From contig NC_068981.1 in assembly GCF_001194135.2 (NCBI RefSeq), positions 3,052,710 to 3,116,709 on the forward strand: a stretch of 64,000 nucleotides of DNA, read 5' to 3'. The stretch comes from Octopus bimaculoides. Taxonomy: Eukaryota. Of the stretch, positions 13,501 to 28,100 are shown one piece after another; positions within the stretch are counted from its first letter, which is position 1; each line of letters opens with the position of its first letter. Both the position numbers and the translations under genes were made by a program. The notes under the pieces are model-generated. The model saw only the letters and a program-made list of their open reading frames with translations, was not told where the DNA came from and made no database searches.

Positions 13501-16500
13501 TATTGGCTTTATGCTCCTCAATTGGACAATGTTAAAATTATATAAAATCGAAATTTTAGAACATCTCTTACAATTAAGAATCAAACTGAATCCAGAGGCC
13601 AATAAAAAACAGATGGATTGTGAAATTAATAAGTTTGTTTATTTATCTCATTAATTGGAAAACTGATGCAATGTAAAATCATAAATGCACACAGGCCAAG
13701 CTGTAGCTGAGTTAAGAAGCTCTTTCTTCCTAACCATAAACTCTTGGGTTCAGTTCCACTGTATTGCACCTTGGGCATCTTTTTTCTACAATAGCCACAG
13801 GCTGGCCAATGTCTTGTAAGTGGATTTGGCAGAGGGAAACTGAAAAGAAGCTCATTGTGTATGTGTGTGTGTTTTTCCATGTATAGTCTTGTCTTCACAT
13901 GAAAAATACGGAATATTTAAGAGAGGAGTTATACAAAGGAGAAATAAAGAGATAAGTTGTTCTATGTAGACAAGAATGACGAGCAAATTCATGTTGGAAT
14001 CTGCTGGAACATATGAAGAATGAATATGTATATCATTTTTGCTGCTTTATCTAATGATATTTAAAGTTACCCATGTCATGATGGATAACACTCCAGGATA
14101 TATATTCTGAGAAAATTTACCTCATAGACAGCTTTTCCTAACATCCGTCCCAGAAAATCAAAAAGTGCTAAGTGATCTTCTTGAATGTAGGATGTTGATG
14201 AAGGATACAGCTTTTGTTCACTAGTTGCCTGCAAAGAAAATTTTAAACATGAACTTTCGTTAAAGGCTTGTCTTGAAAATATTCATAACCAAAGAGCTGC
14301 TATTTCCACCAGGAATTGCTACAACCAAAGAACAAATACAACTGCAGAAATTCGCTTTTATCTTTCTTGTAAAACAAAACTGGTACAGCGTCATCTCAAA
14401 TTGGTTGGTTAAATGAACCATTAATAGCTTCAGATACTGACCAAGTAGTATTTAGATTTTGAAGGTATTTTGTTGTCACTGTCAATGAAAATTGAGTTGT
14501 AATATAAATATATACAAACAAAAAAAAATCAGATGTGAGAGGCAAAAGAAGATTAATATTCCATATGGTTACAGTTGTTTCATCATTTACTCCAAGTTAC
14601 ATTAACTTTGATGCACAGGTACATATACAATATATATGCAGCACATGCACATTATATACATGTATGTACACCTATATATGCACACACAATATCGTACAAT
14701 ACAATTCCATAGTCATACAATGGTGCACTTTTTTATTCATTCTTAATTTGAAAAGATTTATAAAAAAAAATCAATGTTCAAATTGCATTTTGGCAACCAA
14801 ACTCAGCATTTGTCAAGTTAAGAGTGAACACGACAAATGCTATTAAAGATATTTAACCCTTTAACATTCAAACTGGCCGAAATATTTTACCATGTTTTAT
14901 GTTCAAGCTGGCCAGATCTGGCTTCTCACACCAACCCTACAATGTTATTCTAAAAATAAACAATCACACCCTAAAAGTCTTGAAGCTACATGATCCTGCG
15001 TGATCAATTCAAAATGATTTGAATAAACAAGAATTACATTTGACAGAATAATCTGAATGCTGAGGGGTTAAAAAAAACATTTTGAGTGAAGTCATTTATC
15101 CTGGCCATAATGGCTGATAGGATACCAAAGAAAGCAATGCTCGAGGGTCATCCTGATGGATTAACTAATATTAACAACAAACAAGATGAGGACAAATATC
15201 CGTCAAATGCAAATAATGTAAATAATGTAATATTAAACCAGTTTAAAATTAGGAATTTGTCATGTTTATTTATATTTTGAAGAATAATTTCTTACCTTGA
15301 ATAGACTCAAAGATGGATCAAATACCCTTGAAATAGTTTCCTCTAAAAATTCTTTAAATACGCCATCTTGATCAATTCCTGCCTCATCTAAACCCTGACA
15401 GAATGAAACAAAGAAAAATATTAAAATATAATAGAACCAGTTGCTTAAATTGTAAATGTATTTGCTTTATAGATATATAAATGATGTCTTGTTGACTAAC
15501 TAAATCTCTTATTATCTAAAACCTAAAAATATAAATTCTTTGAAATTATTAAAAAGTCCAAGATAAAAGACCAGTGGTCTTGTCTTTTGCAAAACCTCCT
15601 ACATTGATGAAGCCAATGGAATTTGATGCTCTTTTGAATTTCTGCATCTTGTTGTCGTTTCTGGTGTGTAGCTACAGATCAGCTCTGACTGGGATAAATT
15701 TGCAACACAGTAGTAGTTGGGAGAACAGGGTGTAACCCTCAGGTCAACTATTTCACATACACAAATACCTCTGCCTAATGAAGTTGACCACACTGTGTAT
15801 CCCAGCAGGCACAGGTTTATTGTGTGGATGGGATGTCATGTTCCTTTCATTTATATAATACATATTTATTTTTTTTTTGTCTTGCAAGTACTTCGTGACC
15901 CTGTCAGTGCAAGTGCCACTTAAAAGCACCCAGTCCATCACCAGTGTTCTTTTATGTGGCACCAACAGGGGCATCAAATACATTCCAAGACAGAATTCCC
16001 TCACCTGAGAGGAGGGAGTAGTATTGAGGTGTGGCTTTATGCCAGTTCAGAGATTTCAAGTATAGAGGGGACATACATAGGTGCCTTGCTGTAGAACATG
16101 TATATAATCAACATCATATATAACATCTACTTGTTCATGCTTGCATGGGTTGGACAGAGATTACTGGGGCTAATTTCCTATGACTTGATGCCCTTCCAGT
16201 TGCAAACCCTCACCTGTTCCCAAATGAGATAATATTTCCCCATGGCCAGAATATTGGAAGTGAATGACATTCATTTACAACTATCACATGATGTCAAGAC
16301 AACGAGACACACACACACAACAGATTTCTTTCAGTTTCTGTTAACCAAATCCACTCATACGGTTTTGGTTGACCTGGGGCTAAATTAAAAGATACCTGCC
16401 CACGGTGCCACAATATACTACATGACTATTCAGAAGAAGAAGGGTAGCTCCTTGTAGCCTTTTTGAGGTTCTAAAGTACCCACCACAAGGGATTCATAAA

Positions 16501-19500
16501 GTTATGCTATTGTCTGTCAGTGGCTGCTGCTTCTACTGACACCTCCACTACAACAATTTGAGAGGCAAAGAGAAAGAGAGAGAGAGACAGATAGAGAGAA
16601 AGAGAGAAGCAGACAGAGAGACAGAGAGGGAGAGAGATGGAGGAAGGAAGTAGGGAGAGAGAGAAGTAATTTAAGGAGTAAAAAGACAAAAACATATCAA
16701 CACCTCACCTGTTCATTTACAAATTTTACTCTGATAACACCTTTGAGGTTGCGAGCAGGTAATTGTGCTAACTGTCTGTAGCCATCCTATTAAACCGGAA
16801 GAGTAATACAAAAGATAAAGAATAAGTAATATGATGAGATAATGCAAATAATGATATAAATATTGTAATATTCAAATACATGGTCTCCCTTGACAACCAA
16901 TTACTGTGAAGGAGACAATCACTTTTCAATCAATTGTGACCTGATTAGAAGTTTGAATTTTAAATTGAAGAGCAATGAAGATGTACAGAACATACATATT
17001 AAATCAGGCTCAGGAACAGGGTTCTGGGGGAGCAAGTGCACTCCCAAAAATTGTGGAAGGTTGGGGGTGATGAAAATGCATTGAACAGCCCAGGTTGGGC
17101 CTGGGTTTGCTCCCCAAAGCAAATTTTGTTCCTGCACTTGTGTATATATATATATTTTTTCTTTTTATTCATTACAAAAATCTTAAAATTTCTAACCATA
17201 GATAGTAATGTATAGTACCATTTCATCCTTATTTGTAATCATCAGCATGACATAACCTGAGGTGAATATTGTAATATTCATTTCTTCTACAGCGACAAAG
17301 GTTTACATGGGAAAACAAAAATAAATTAAAATAAATTAAAAGTTAAAGAAATCCAGAAATTTGAGGCAATGGAATTATATAAAATTAGACTCACTTCGAC
17401 TATACGAGACCGATGAATTGTTATTAGTGTGGACTGTGGAGATGTACACACAGATTCGGTAAGTCCAAGGAAATCTTTCTCCTTCATAACATATTTTCGG
17501 AACAAAACTACTCGCTGCAATAAGAGAATAAATTTGATAATAACTTCTTTAAAAATAAAAGATGTGAGGAAAAGAAAAGGAAGGGGAAGAAAAACAAGAA
17601 GACAAATAACAAAGCAATGAGGAGAAGAAAATAAGAACGAAGAAAGAAAAGCAAGTCAAGATTCTCATAAGTGCAGGTATGGGTGTATGGTAAGAGGTTT
17701 GCTTCCCAACTAAATTGTTCCAGGATCAGTCCCACTGTGTGCCACCTTGGACAAGCGTCTTCTACTATAGCATCAGACCAACCAAAGCCTTGTGAGTGGA
17801 TTTGGTAGACAGAAACAGAAAGAAGCCTGTTGTTTATATATAGGTGGGGGTCTTTGTATGACCCCACACCACCAATGGACATATAGGTGTTGCTGTGTTT
17901 ATGTCCCTGTAACTTAGCAGTTCAACCTAAGAGACAGATAGAATAAGAACTAGGCTTAAAAATAAGAACTGAGTTCTATTCGTTTGACTGATGTTCTTCA
18001 AGGAGGTGCCCCAGCATGACTTCAGTCTAATGACTGAAACAAGCAAAAAAAAAAAAGATAAAAGATAAGCCAGTTCTTACCCACAAGCAAATATGGCTTG
18101 GTGTCATGCAGCATGCTTTCAATAATTGTTTTAGGTGTCTATGTGGTTGTGAGCTGACACAGATGCCCTCTCAACCGTCCTACCTTTGATCAATCAGTGC
18201 ACCAGGATATGACAGCTGGAGGGAGAGAGAGAGAGAGATGTACCAACACTCAGCTGGTGCTCATTTTCAGTTTAGTAGACTGAAGTATCGTGAAATGAAG
18301 TAACTTGCTCAAGAATACAACATACTGTCTGGTCCAGAAACTGAACCCATGACATTATGATCATGAGCCAAACACCTAACCACTAGAAGAACTTATCAGT
18401 AATATTTCACACATTAATTATAAAAGTGTTACAAGAATGGCAAATGCTGTAAGATGGAAGTAATCTTCGACTGTGCAAAGCCTGGTTTTTATTAGAAAAT
18501 TACAAAGTGTCACATCTGTCTGACAGATCTGGTACCTTTTTTAGAGGCCTTTACCTACTCCTCAGGACCAGCTAATCTATATTCAACAGTATGTTGATAT
18601 GGAAACCTTCTCCTCTTTCATCTTTGAAGGTTTCAGTCAAAAGGGAGCTTAGTCCTGCAAGCAGCATGGTGACTTTGGTTGTGCTGATGCCACAAAAAAC
18701 CACCTAGCTGTAAAGTAGTTAGTATTAGGAAAGAAAAACAATCTAGAAACCACACAAAGTAGATAGTGGAGCACGATGCAGTCCTTGTATCTATCAGGTC
18801 CTGCCAAACCATCCAACCCCTACCAGAATGGAACATATGAGGAGGTGATGAAAACTTCCTGGCTTTAAGGCTTTCATGAAAGACTTGGCTGGAGGCCCAA
18901 CCTCCCAGGTTCTTTCACAGGGCTTAGAAAAACTGAGGGATCACTGCAATAAGTGAGTGAATCTGAGAGGGGAATATGTTCAATAAAATCATAATTAACT
19001 GATCCTCCTATATATTTTTTTACCCAAAGCCAGGAACTTTTCAGCACCCCCCCCGTCAGTGTTAAATGATGATGAATAGGTTAGAAAAAATATTGAGAAA
19101 AATCATGAATATTGTACAATTTTACAACCTTGATCTTCAAGATCTCGTGCATTGTGGTTCAGTAAGAAATCTATATAATAGCAGTAAAACTAAGAGATAC
19201 GAATACAATCATATTTAATATGTCATTGTATGCTCAAACATGGAAAGATATATACTGCAGGAATTGTCTCAAGAGAAAAAAATTCTCTAGGGTAAGAATG
19301 ATGTCATCAGACCATGGAACATGTGCATTTCAGCGTGGTTGCGCATTGTCAACTTCAGATACTGAGTCGTTGCCCATAACCACTAAAATCTTGTTATATT
19401 AGAACAGCAAATAATACCCTTGCTGTTATGTGCAAAGCTTTGTCAAGCTGGAATTAATTAATAGTTTTGTCTGCAAGGAGGACTTTTTTCTGTATTGTCT

Positions 19501-21730
19501 GTAAGGAGGACTTTTTTCTCTCAAGACAATTCTTGTAGCATATGTCAATCCATGTTTTAATTTACATTACAGTATCACCCAAATTATTCGATGTTGTCAT
19601 ACATCACTAGTTACAATGTACTTTGCATTGATTTTTAGCCTTCAAACGATGCCACCCTGCTGGCAAAGTGAGCAGGACAACACCCCACCCCTAATCAGAA
19701 AGTTATTCCATCACAGGTTCACCTTTTTTACAGCTGAGTGGACTGGAGCAACATAAAACGAAATGTTTTGCTCAAGAATACAAAGTGCTACCCAGTTTAA
19801 GAATCGAACCCATGATCTAGCAACTATAAGCACAATAACTTAACCACTGGGCCACTTGCTTTATTTTTGATTTTTCACATTCAGAAGGATTCGTAACCAT
19901 GAAGTCAATATAACAATGACCTCACTAAATGGTACAACAAGGACAAACAATAAAATAGTTACCTCACTAAATGGTATAATGTGTGGAATCTTTTGCATAA
20001 TAAATTGAGCATTTTTTCTGCCAGCTTCCAGTTCAGAAATTATAGTCGATGGTTTCACATCTCTACAAAAATGAAAAAAAAAACATCATCAGCATCATAA
20101 TTATCACAACTGTCTTCATGTCGTCATCAACACATCCAACCCATATTCTTAAAAAACTGAATGTCCCTCTTTCTAATATTGTTCTTATTTCCTCTGTTAA
20201 ACATAACTCTTTCTAACCAATCTCACCCACCTTGTTCTTACATCTGCTATTTTTCCATGTCGATAAAGGCTGGGCACCACTTCTCAAGGTGGTATACTAC
20301 AGCTGGACGCTCTCCCTGAAGCTAACCCTCATTTGTTTTTCAAGTAATGAATCTTTCTTATTTTACACATCTTCAAAGGTGCAAAGACAGCAAAAGATTT
20401 GTTGACAAGGAAAATGACAACATTATCGTTTGCAGCTGAGCAACTTCTTTAAACAAAAGTGCAAATGTAAACACACACACACACACGTGCGCGCGATGGA
20501 CTTCTTTCAGCTTCTGTCTATAAAATCCATTCACAAAGAATTTTTCCAACTAGGGCTAATTAGTAGAAGACATTTGCCCAGTGTCATGCAATGGGACTAA
20601 GCTCAAAACCACCTGGTCTGGAAGCAAGCCTCTAAACCACCTGTCTGTGCCTCTGCCTGTCCAAACTAAGAACTCATCATCCTCATTTAACGTCCACCTT
20701 CCTTGCTGGCATGGGTTGGATGGTTTGACAGGAGCTGGCAAGGCTGGGAGCCATACCAGGCAGCATTGTTGGTTTTGGCACGGTTTCTACAGCTAGATAA
20801 CCTCTCTAACACTAACCACTTCATAGACTGTATTGAGTGCTTTTTACACAGCACCAACACCAGTGCTTCTTACATGGCAGCAGCATTGGTGTTTTTAACC
20901 TGGCACCGTCATTGACAGGATCACCAAGCATGTTGCAAGACAAAAAGAAAAAACATGAACCCCCAATAATAAACTTCACTCCAAATGTAACCGTCATGGG
21001 AATTTGCAGAGGTGACAAATTGGCAGACTGGTTACAGTGCTGGTTAGAATGTCTCACAGTATTTGTTCAGACTCTTTATGCTCTGAGTTCAAATACCCCT
21101 GCACTCAACTTTGCCTTTCATTCTTTCAGAGCTGATAAAAAAAAAAGGTAAAAATCCAGAGCAGTGGATTGAGGAAATATAAGAATATCCAAACAGATTC
21201 CTTGTGGCATCTTCTCTGACTCTGTACATTGTATGTTCAAACCACTCCCCACCCCTCCCTCCTATCACCAAAATTCTGTGACACTTCTTTCAGGAGTTGT
21301 GACCAACTGACAGTATTAGCAAACAGTTAAACCAAAGGAAATACAGTTTCCTTAGTTTTTTTTCTCCTGTGATGGCAGTCAGCTAGAAGGTTGACTGCCA
21401 TCACAAGAATGAACAGTTTTAATATTGTCTTGGTTAGTTATGCTAAATAGTGGTTAGGGCATGTGCATTTTTGAAAGTTACTGTTGTCCTCTCATTGAAC
21501 GATAAACAAACAACTCATGCATCTGTAGACTGTATTATGTGGATTGTGGAAAGGCGGCAAGCTAGCAGAATTGTTAGAGCTTTGGAAAAATGCTTTGTGG
21601 TATTTCTTCTGACTCGGTACATTCTGAGCTCAAATTCTGCCAAAGTCAAGTTTGCCTTTCATCCTTTCAAGGTCAATCAAATAAGTACTATTTGAGCAAC
21701 AATTCCAACCTTGTGCCTATAGAGGAAAGG

Positions 21731-21770
<40 letters not shown>

Positions 21771-22478
21771 GGTTGGTGAGCTGGCAGAAACATTACTGTG
21801 CAGGACAAAATGCTTTGCGATATTTCTCCCTACTCATTATGTCCTGAGTTCAAATTCCACATAGGTGGACTTAGCCTTTCACCTTTTGGGTTCAAAAAAA
21901 TAAGTACCAGTTAAGCACTGGGTTTGAGGTATTTGACTAGCCCCATTGTCTTCATCATCATTTAACATATGTTTTCCATGCTGGCATGGGTTGGACAGTT
22001 TGATAGGAGTTGGCAAGCTGGAGGGCTGCACCAAGCTACATTTATCTCTTTGGCATTATTTGTACAGCTGGATGCCCTTCCTAATGTCAACCCTTTTACA
22101 GTGTGTACTGGGTGCTTTTTACATGGCACCAGCACCACTGCCACTCCTTTTTATGTGGCAGGAACCAGCATGGGGGTTTTTCATGTGACATCAGCACCAG
22201 AAGAAACCTTGTGCCTACAGTAGAAAGGACTTTGTGAATTATAGTAATTTAGTGTCTGATTTGTCGGTCAATAAGTGAAACCAATGAAACCAAGAAATGT
22301 GAGATAAGAACAGTGAAATATTAAACTTACCGAATTAGCCAATGGTCCTTGGGAGTGAATGACCGACGACTATCTCTTTCATAAAGAATCATTAGCAGAC
22401 TACGAGCAGCACTAAAGACATTACAAGAGCCAGTCACTTGAAAGTCTGTGATTAGGAAAAAGTGGAAAAAAAAAAAAC

Positions 22479-22515
<37 letters not shown>

Positions 22516-22790
22516 TGAGCAAATTGCAGCCATCACAAAGCACCAATTAATTATGAATTGAAGGAAAACAGAAGAAAAGATTATTAAGTGTTAATAATGC
22601 AAACGTTGGTACTGTACCTATTAACGAATTCCAAATGACTTTGAAGACAAAATGATTGAGGAAGTCACTCATTTTGATATAGTCATCAAGAGAAAACATG
22701 CGCTGCTGTTCATACATCTCAATGTCATCAAGGGTGCTGGAGAATAGGGAAAAGAAAGAAATGAGAAGAAATGATGATAAAAACAACAAC

Positions 22791-22822
<32 letters not shown>

Positions 22823-25131
22823 TAATAATCCTTTCTACTGGAGGCACAAGGCCTCAGATTTGTGGGGAGGAGACTAATAAATTACATCAACCCCAATGTT
22901 TCACTGGTACTTAATTTATCGACTCCAAAAGGATGAAAGGCAAAGTCGACCTCAGCGGAATCTGAACTCAGAATGTAACAGCAGATGAAATACCACTAAG
23001 CATTTTGCCCGGCACGCTAACGATTCTGCCAGCTCACCACCTTCAATAATAATAATAATAATAATAAAAATAATAATGGTTTCAAAGCAGTTTTGAGGGG
23101 AGGGGGACAAGTCAATTACATCAAATTTATTTGATGTAACTGACCCCAAAAGGATGAAAGGCCAAGTCAACCTCAGCAAGATTTGAACTCAAAACATAAC
23201 GAGTCAGAAGAAATTCTGTTAATGATTCTGCCAAGTTACTGCTTTCATCATCATCATCATTATCATCATCACCATCTTCTAACGTCTTTTTTCTATGCTG
23301 GCAACGGCTGGACAGTTTCACAGGAGTTCCATTTGTCTGTTTTGGCAGGGTTTCTAAGGTGGGACACCCTTCCCAATGCCAACCACTTTACAGAGTTTGG
23401 GCCAGCAATTTTGAAGGGAAGGGGCAAGCAGATTACATTGACTGGCACTTATTTTATCAACCCTGAAAGGATAAATAGCAAAGTTGGTCTTGGTGGGATT
23501 TGAACTTGGAATGCAAAGATGAACAAAATGCAGCTAAGCATTTTGTCCAACAATTCTGCCAATGCACCTCCTTAATGATAATAATAATGATAATTTCAAA
23601 TTCTGGCACAAGGCTAGCAGTTCTGGGGGGAGGGGGTAAGTAGATTAAAATTGACCACAGTGTCCATCTAATACTTATTTGATTGACCCCCAAAAGGATG
23701 TCAGGTAAAGTCAATCCCAGTGGGATTTGAACTCGGAACATAAACACGGATAGAATGCCATTTAAGCATCTTGCCTAGCATGCTAACAATTCTGCCAGCT
23801 CACCACCATAATAAAAATAATAATAATAATAATAATAATAATCCTTTTTACTTTTCTACAAAAGGCACAAGGCCTGAAATTTGCGGGGGGGGGGAGCAAG
23901 GAAATAGTTGATTATAGTACTCAATTGGTACTTATTTTATCGACCCCAAAAGGATGAAAGGTAAAGCTGACCTCAGCAGAATTTGAACAAAATAAACCTT
24001 GTGTACGTGAGATACTTACGTGATCAAGTGTCCAGCTGACTCAGAAAACAAGGAAAGAAGGCTAAACACAGGATGTAAGGTGGTGTTGGGACTCTGAGGG
24101 AACAATTCTAGAAACACTTTAAGGCCACAGTTTGGGCCTAAGTCACAAAGAAATTTCCACAATATTGGAAGGAGAACTTTGTTGTAACTAAGACCTGAAA
24201 GATGAAAGACAAAAATAAATAAATAATAAATGGTAAACAACATTTGATGATAAACAATGGTTTATGAACGTCAACAATGAAGCAAATAAATATTAAACAG
24301 GAGGTGGCTCCCTCTGTTGGACAAGGCTGACCATGCATCTGTATATCTATGTGCAAGTTTGAGCAAAATTTTTTGAGGAAGACTAGCAGGTGTCCGAGCA
24401 TGTCAGTTGACTCCTCTCCATTCCAGCAATAACTATCGAAAGGAAAAGTGGTTGTTTCAGAGCCACTACTACTTGGCACTAGTGTCCCAGTACCATTACA
24501 AGCACTGCTATCATAAAACAAAGAGTCCTACAGATGCTGCAGAGCATCTTGACCAACCCTCAAACAATTCTGCCAATCCACTACTCAAGATAAGTACGGT
24601 TTTATCTACTCTGAAAGTATGGGACGTAAAGATGACCTCAGTGAAATTTGAACCCAGAACTCAAACAGTTAGAATAACTACATCAAAACATTCCATCCAA
24701 TGCTCTAATGACTCAGCCAATTCACCACCTTAAATATTATTAACTTAGATATATTATTTCTTTCTTTATTTGCCCCAAAATCTACACAAGGGGATTGAAC
24801 CTGGGATATTATGTTTGTGAAGCAAACATCTTTGTTTATCTTATATCACAACCAGTGAACAATAGTTACGGGTTTGTAATGGGCCAATCAGGTCAGTTGT
24901 TCATAAGTCCACTTTGAAGAATTTCATTTCAGAGTTTTTCTCACAAAACTGGCTAACTAAGACTATATTCTTGCCTCCATTAGTAAAAAGGTTATGTGCC
25001 TCCAGCCAGCTGGTCTGGGGAGTCGCTTATATTGCTAAGAGCATAATTGGTAACTTTCTGACTGGCCATGGTAAATTTCTGACCAGCAACGAGAACTTTC
25101 TGACTGACCATGACCACATTAAATGTGTGTA

Positions 25132-25184
<53 letters not shown>

Positions 25185-28100
25185 GAGAGAAAGAGAGAGA
25201 GAAAGAGAGAGAAAGAGAGAGAGAGTTAAGTGTGGCCAAATGGTTAAGATGTTCACTTCAAAACCACATCAATAAATAAAGTACTTTAGATAATTTCTCT
25301 TTTCCAACTCCTTTAATAAATGTCAATCAATACTGAAAAAAGGTTTTTTTACACAATACTGAAAGAAATTGGAAAGTCATGAAGGAACTGGTTATATGAG
25401 AAAGAAATGAAAAGAAAAAAGTTAAATATGAAGGAAAAAAATAAAAGAACAAAGAATGAAGAAACTAGAGTAAGAATTGAAGATTTAGAAAGAAAACAAA
25501 AAAATACAATAAAGGTAAAGAAAAAATGTGTCAGGTGAAACATTTGACTTACCTCCAAGTATGTCTAATCTGAGTTGGCTTAAAGTATTGATGGCTTGTT
25601 GATATAGATCACAAGGTAGACAGGTGGCTCTGGCAACGTGACTACCAAGTTTGATTTTGGCACAAGTGTTCTTTGAAGAGGCTTTTTCTAGAGCTTTTTT
25701 CAGAAGGCCTTCAAAATGAAAAAGATGGTAGGGATGAAGAGTAAATTCAGGTAATTTTTATAAACAAGAATCATCATCATCATCATCATCATCGTTTAAC
25801 GTCCACTTTCCATGCTAGCATGGGTTGGACGATTTGACTGAGGACTGGTGAAACCGGATGGCAACACCAGGCTCCAATCTAATTTGGCAGAGTTTCTACA
25901 GCTGGATGCCCTTCCTAACGCCAACCACTCAGAGAGTGTAGTGGGTGTTTTTACGTGTCACCCGCACGAAAACGGCCACGCTCGAAATGGTGTCTTTTAT
26001 GTGCCACCCGCACAAGAGCCAGTCCAGGGGCACCGGCAACGATCTCGCTCGAAAAACCTCATGTGTCACTCGCACAAGAGCCAGTCCATGGGCACTGGCA
26101 ACGATCTCGCACGAAAGATATCATGTGTCGCCTGCACATGAGCCAGTCCAGGGGCACTGGCAACGATCCCGCTCGAAAGATTTCATGTGTCACCCGCACA
26201 TGAGCCACNNNNNNNNNNNNNNNNNNNNNNNNNNNNNNNNNNNNNNNNNNNNNNNNNNNNNNNNNNNNNNNNNNNNNNNNNNNNNNNNNNNNNNNNNNNN
26301 NNNNNNNNNNNNNNNNNNNNNNNNNNNNNNNNNNNNNNNNNNNNNNNNNNNNNNNNNNNNNNNNNNNNNNNNNNNNNNNNNNNNNNNNNNNNNNNNNNNN
26401 NNNNNNNNNNNNNNNNNNNNNNNNNNNNNNNNNNNNNNNNNNNNNNNNNNNNNNNNNNNNNNNNNNNNNNNNNNNNNNNNNNNNNNNNNNNNNNNNNNNN
26501 NNNNNNNNNNNNNNNNNNNNNNNNNNNNNNNNNNNNNNNNNNNNNNNNNNNNNNNNNNNNNNNNNNNNNNNNNNNNNNNNNNNNNNNNNNNNNNNNNNNN
26601 NNNNNNNNNNNNNNNNNNNNNNNNNNNNNNNNNNNNNNNNNNNNNNNNNNNNNNNNNNNNNNNNNNNNNNNNNNNNNNNNNNNNNNNNNNNNNNNNNNNN
26701 NNNNNNNNNNNNNNNNNNNNNNNNNNNNNNNNNNNNNNNNNNNNNNNNNNNNNNNNNNNNNNNNNNNNNNNNNNNNNNNNNNNNNNNNNNNNNNNNNNNN
26801 NNNNNNNNNNNNNNNNNNNNNNNNNNNNNNNNNNNNNNNNNNNNNNNNNNNNNNNNNNNNNNNNNNNNNNNNNNNNNNNNNNNNNNNNNNNNNNNNNNNN
26901 NNNNNNNNNNNNNNNNNNNNNNNNNNNNNNNNNNNNNNNNNNNNNNNNNNNNNNNNNNNNNNNNNNNNNNNNNNNNNNNNNNNNNNNNNNNNNNNNNNNN
27001 NNNNNNNNNNNNNNNNNNNNNNNNNNNNNNNNNNNNNNNNNNNNNNNNNNNNNNNNNNNNNNNNNNNNNNNNNNNNNNNNNNNNNNNNNNNNNNNNNNNN
27101 NNNNNNNNNNNNNNNNNNNNNNNNNNNNNNNNNNNNNNNNNNNNNNNGGCAATGATCTCGCTCGAAAAACCTCATGTGTCACTCGCACAAGAGCCAGTCC
27201 ATGGGCACTGGCAACGATCTCGCACGAAAGATATCATGTGTCGCCTGCACATGAGCCAGTCCAGGGGCACTGGCAACGATCCCGCTCGAAAGATTTCATG
27301 TGTCACCCGCACATGAGCCACACACACACACACACACACTAAATATTATGATATCATGGTTTCAGGTGAGATTAGTAATTAAAACTCTAACAAAGAAATA
27401 CCTACAGGAAGTGAAGCAAGTAAAGGAATGGAAACATTTTTTTTTGTCAAGTGTCATGTTTACGCAATTAAATCTAAATAATGGAATAACCACCTTGATT
27501 GTGGAAGAAAGGTGAAGACAACATCAACAACAACAACAAAAACTACACTTATACTAAAGGTTATAAGTCTAAAATAAAGAAACACTGAGGTGCGTGTATT
27601 AAGTGAGGGGGAAACTAAAAACTTCTCTGAATAATAAAACTTACCAATCTTTTTTAGATTACTAAACTCATTCACAGTAAAAGAATACATTTGAGTGAAG
27701 GAGTTTGGATTAAATTCTGAAAAGGAAATACTCAGAAAGATGAAGATTCAATCACCACACAACACATCAGAGAAGCAATGTAAATCCCCAAACACACTCT
27801 AGATATTAAGTCTCACAATCTCTGATAGTTTCTTGTGGTCCCCAACCTTATACACATAAACATCACAACATTGCTAATCTGCATTGCAAAAGAACAGGAG
27901 CCTTATTTAATATGTGACCCAACGAGGACAATTAGGATTTTATTATGCAAACTCCTCACTCATAGAACAACTAATTTTCATCCATGATTATTCCAAATTT
28001 ATCCTTACAACTATTTTACCACTAATAATATATATTACAGTTCTACTTATAACAAATGAATTTTCTTCACTTATAATCACTGAAAGTCAAAGTATTGAAA

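Noticed and set aside
25960-26208. Regular ~59-bp repeats resembling a CRISPR array
   Set aside because: No unique spacers, eukaryotic context, no cas genes; the units are internal repeats of a SINE.
26031-27320. Near-identical ~175-bp blocks on both sides of the gap (26031-26208 vs 27148-27320), suggesting a large tandem array
   Set aside because: Both end GAGCCAC and differ by about one base; most likely an unmerged assembly overlap or haplotype, so true array size cannot be claimed.
25945-27342. Long ORFs (322-465 aa) in the ORF track, and similar ones at 29090-29544 and 36322-37248
   Set aside because: They are artefacts of translating N runs as X.
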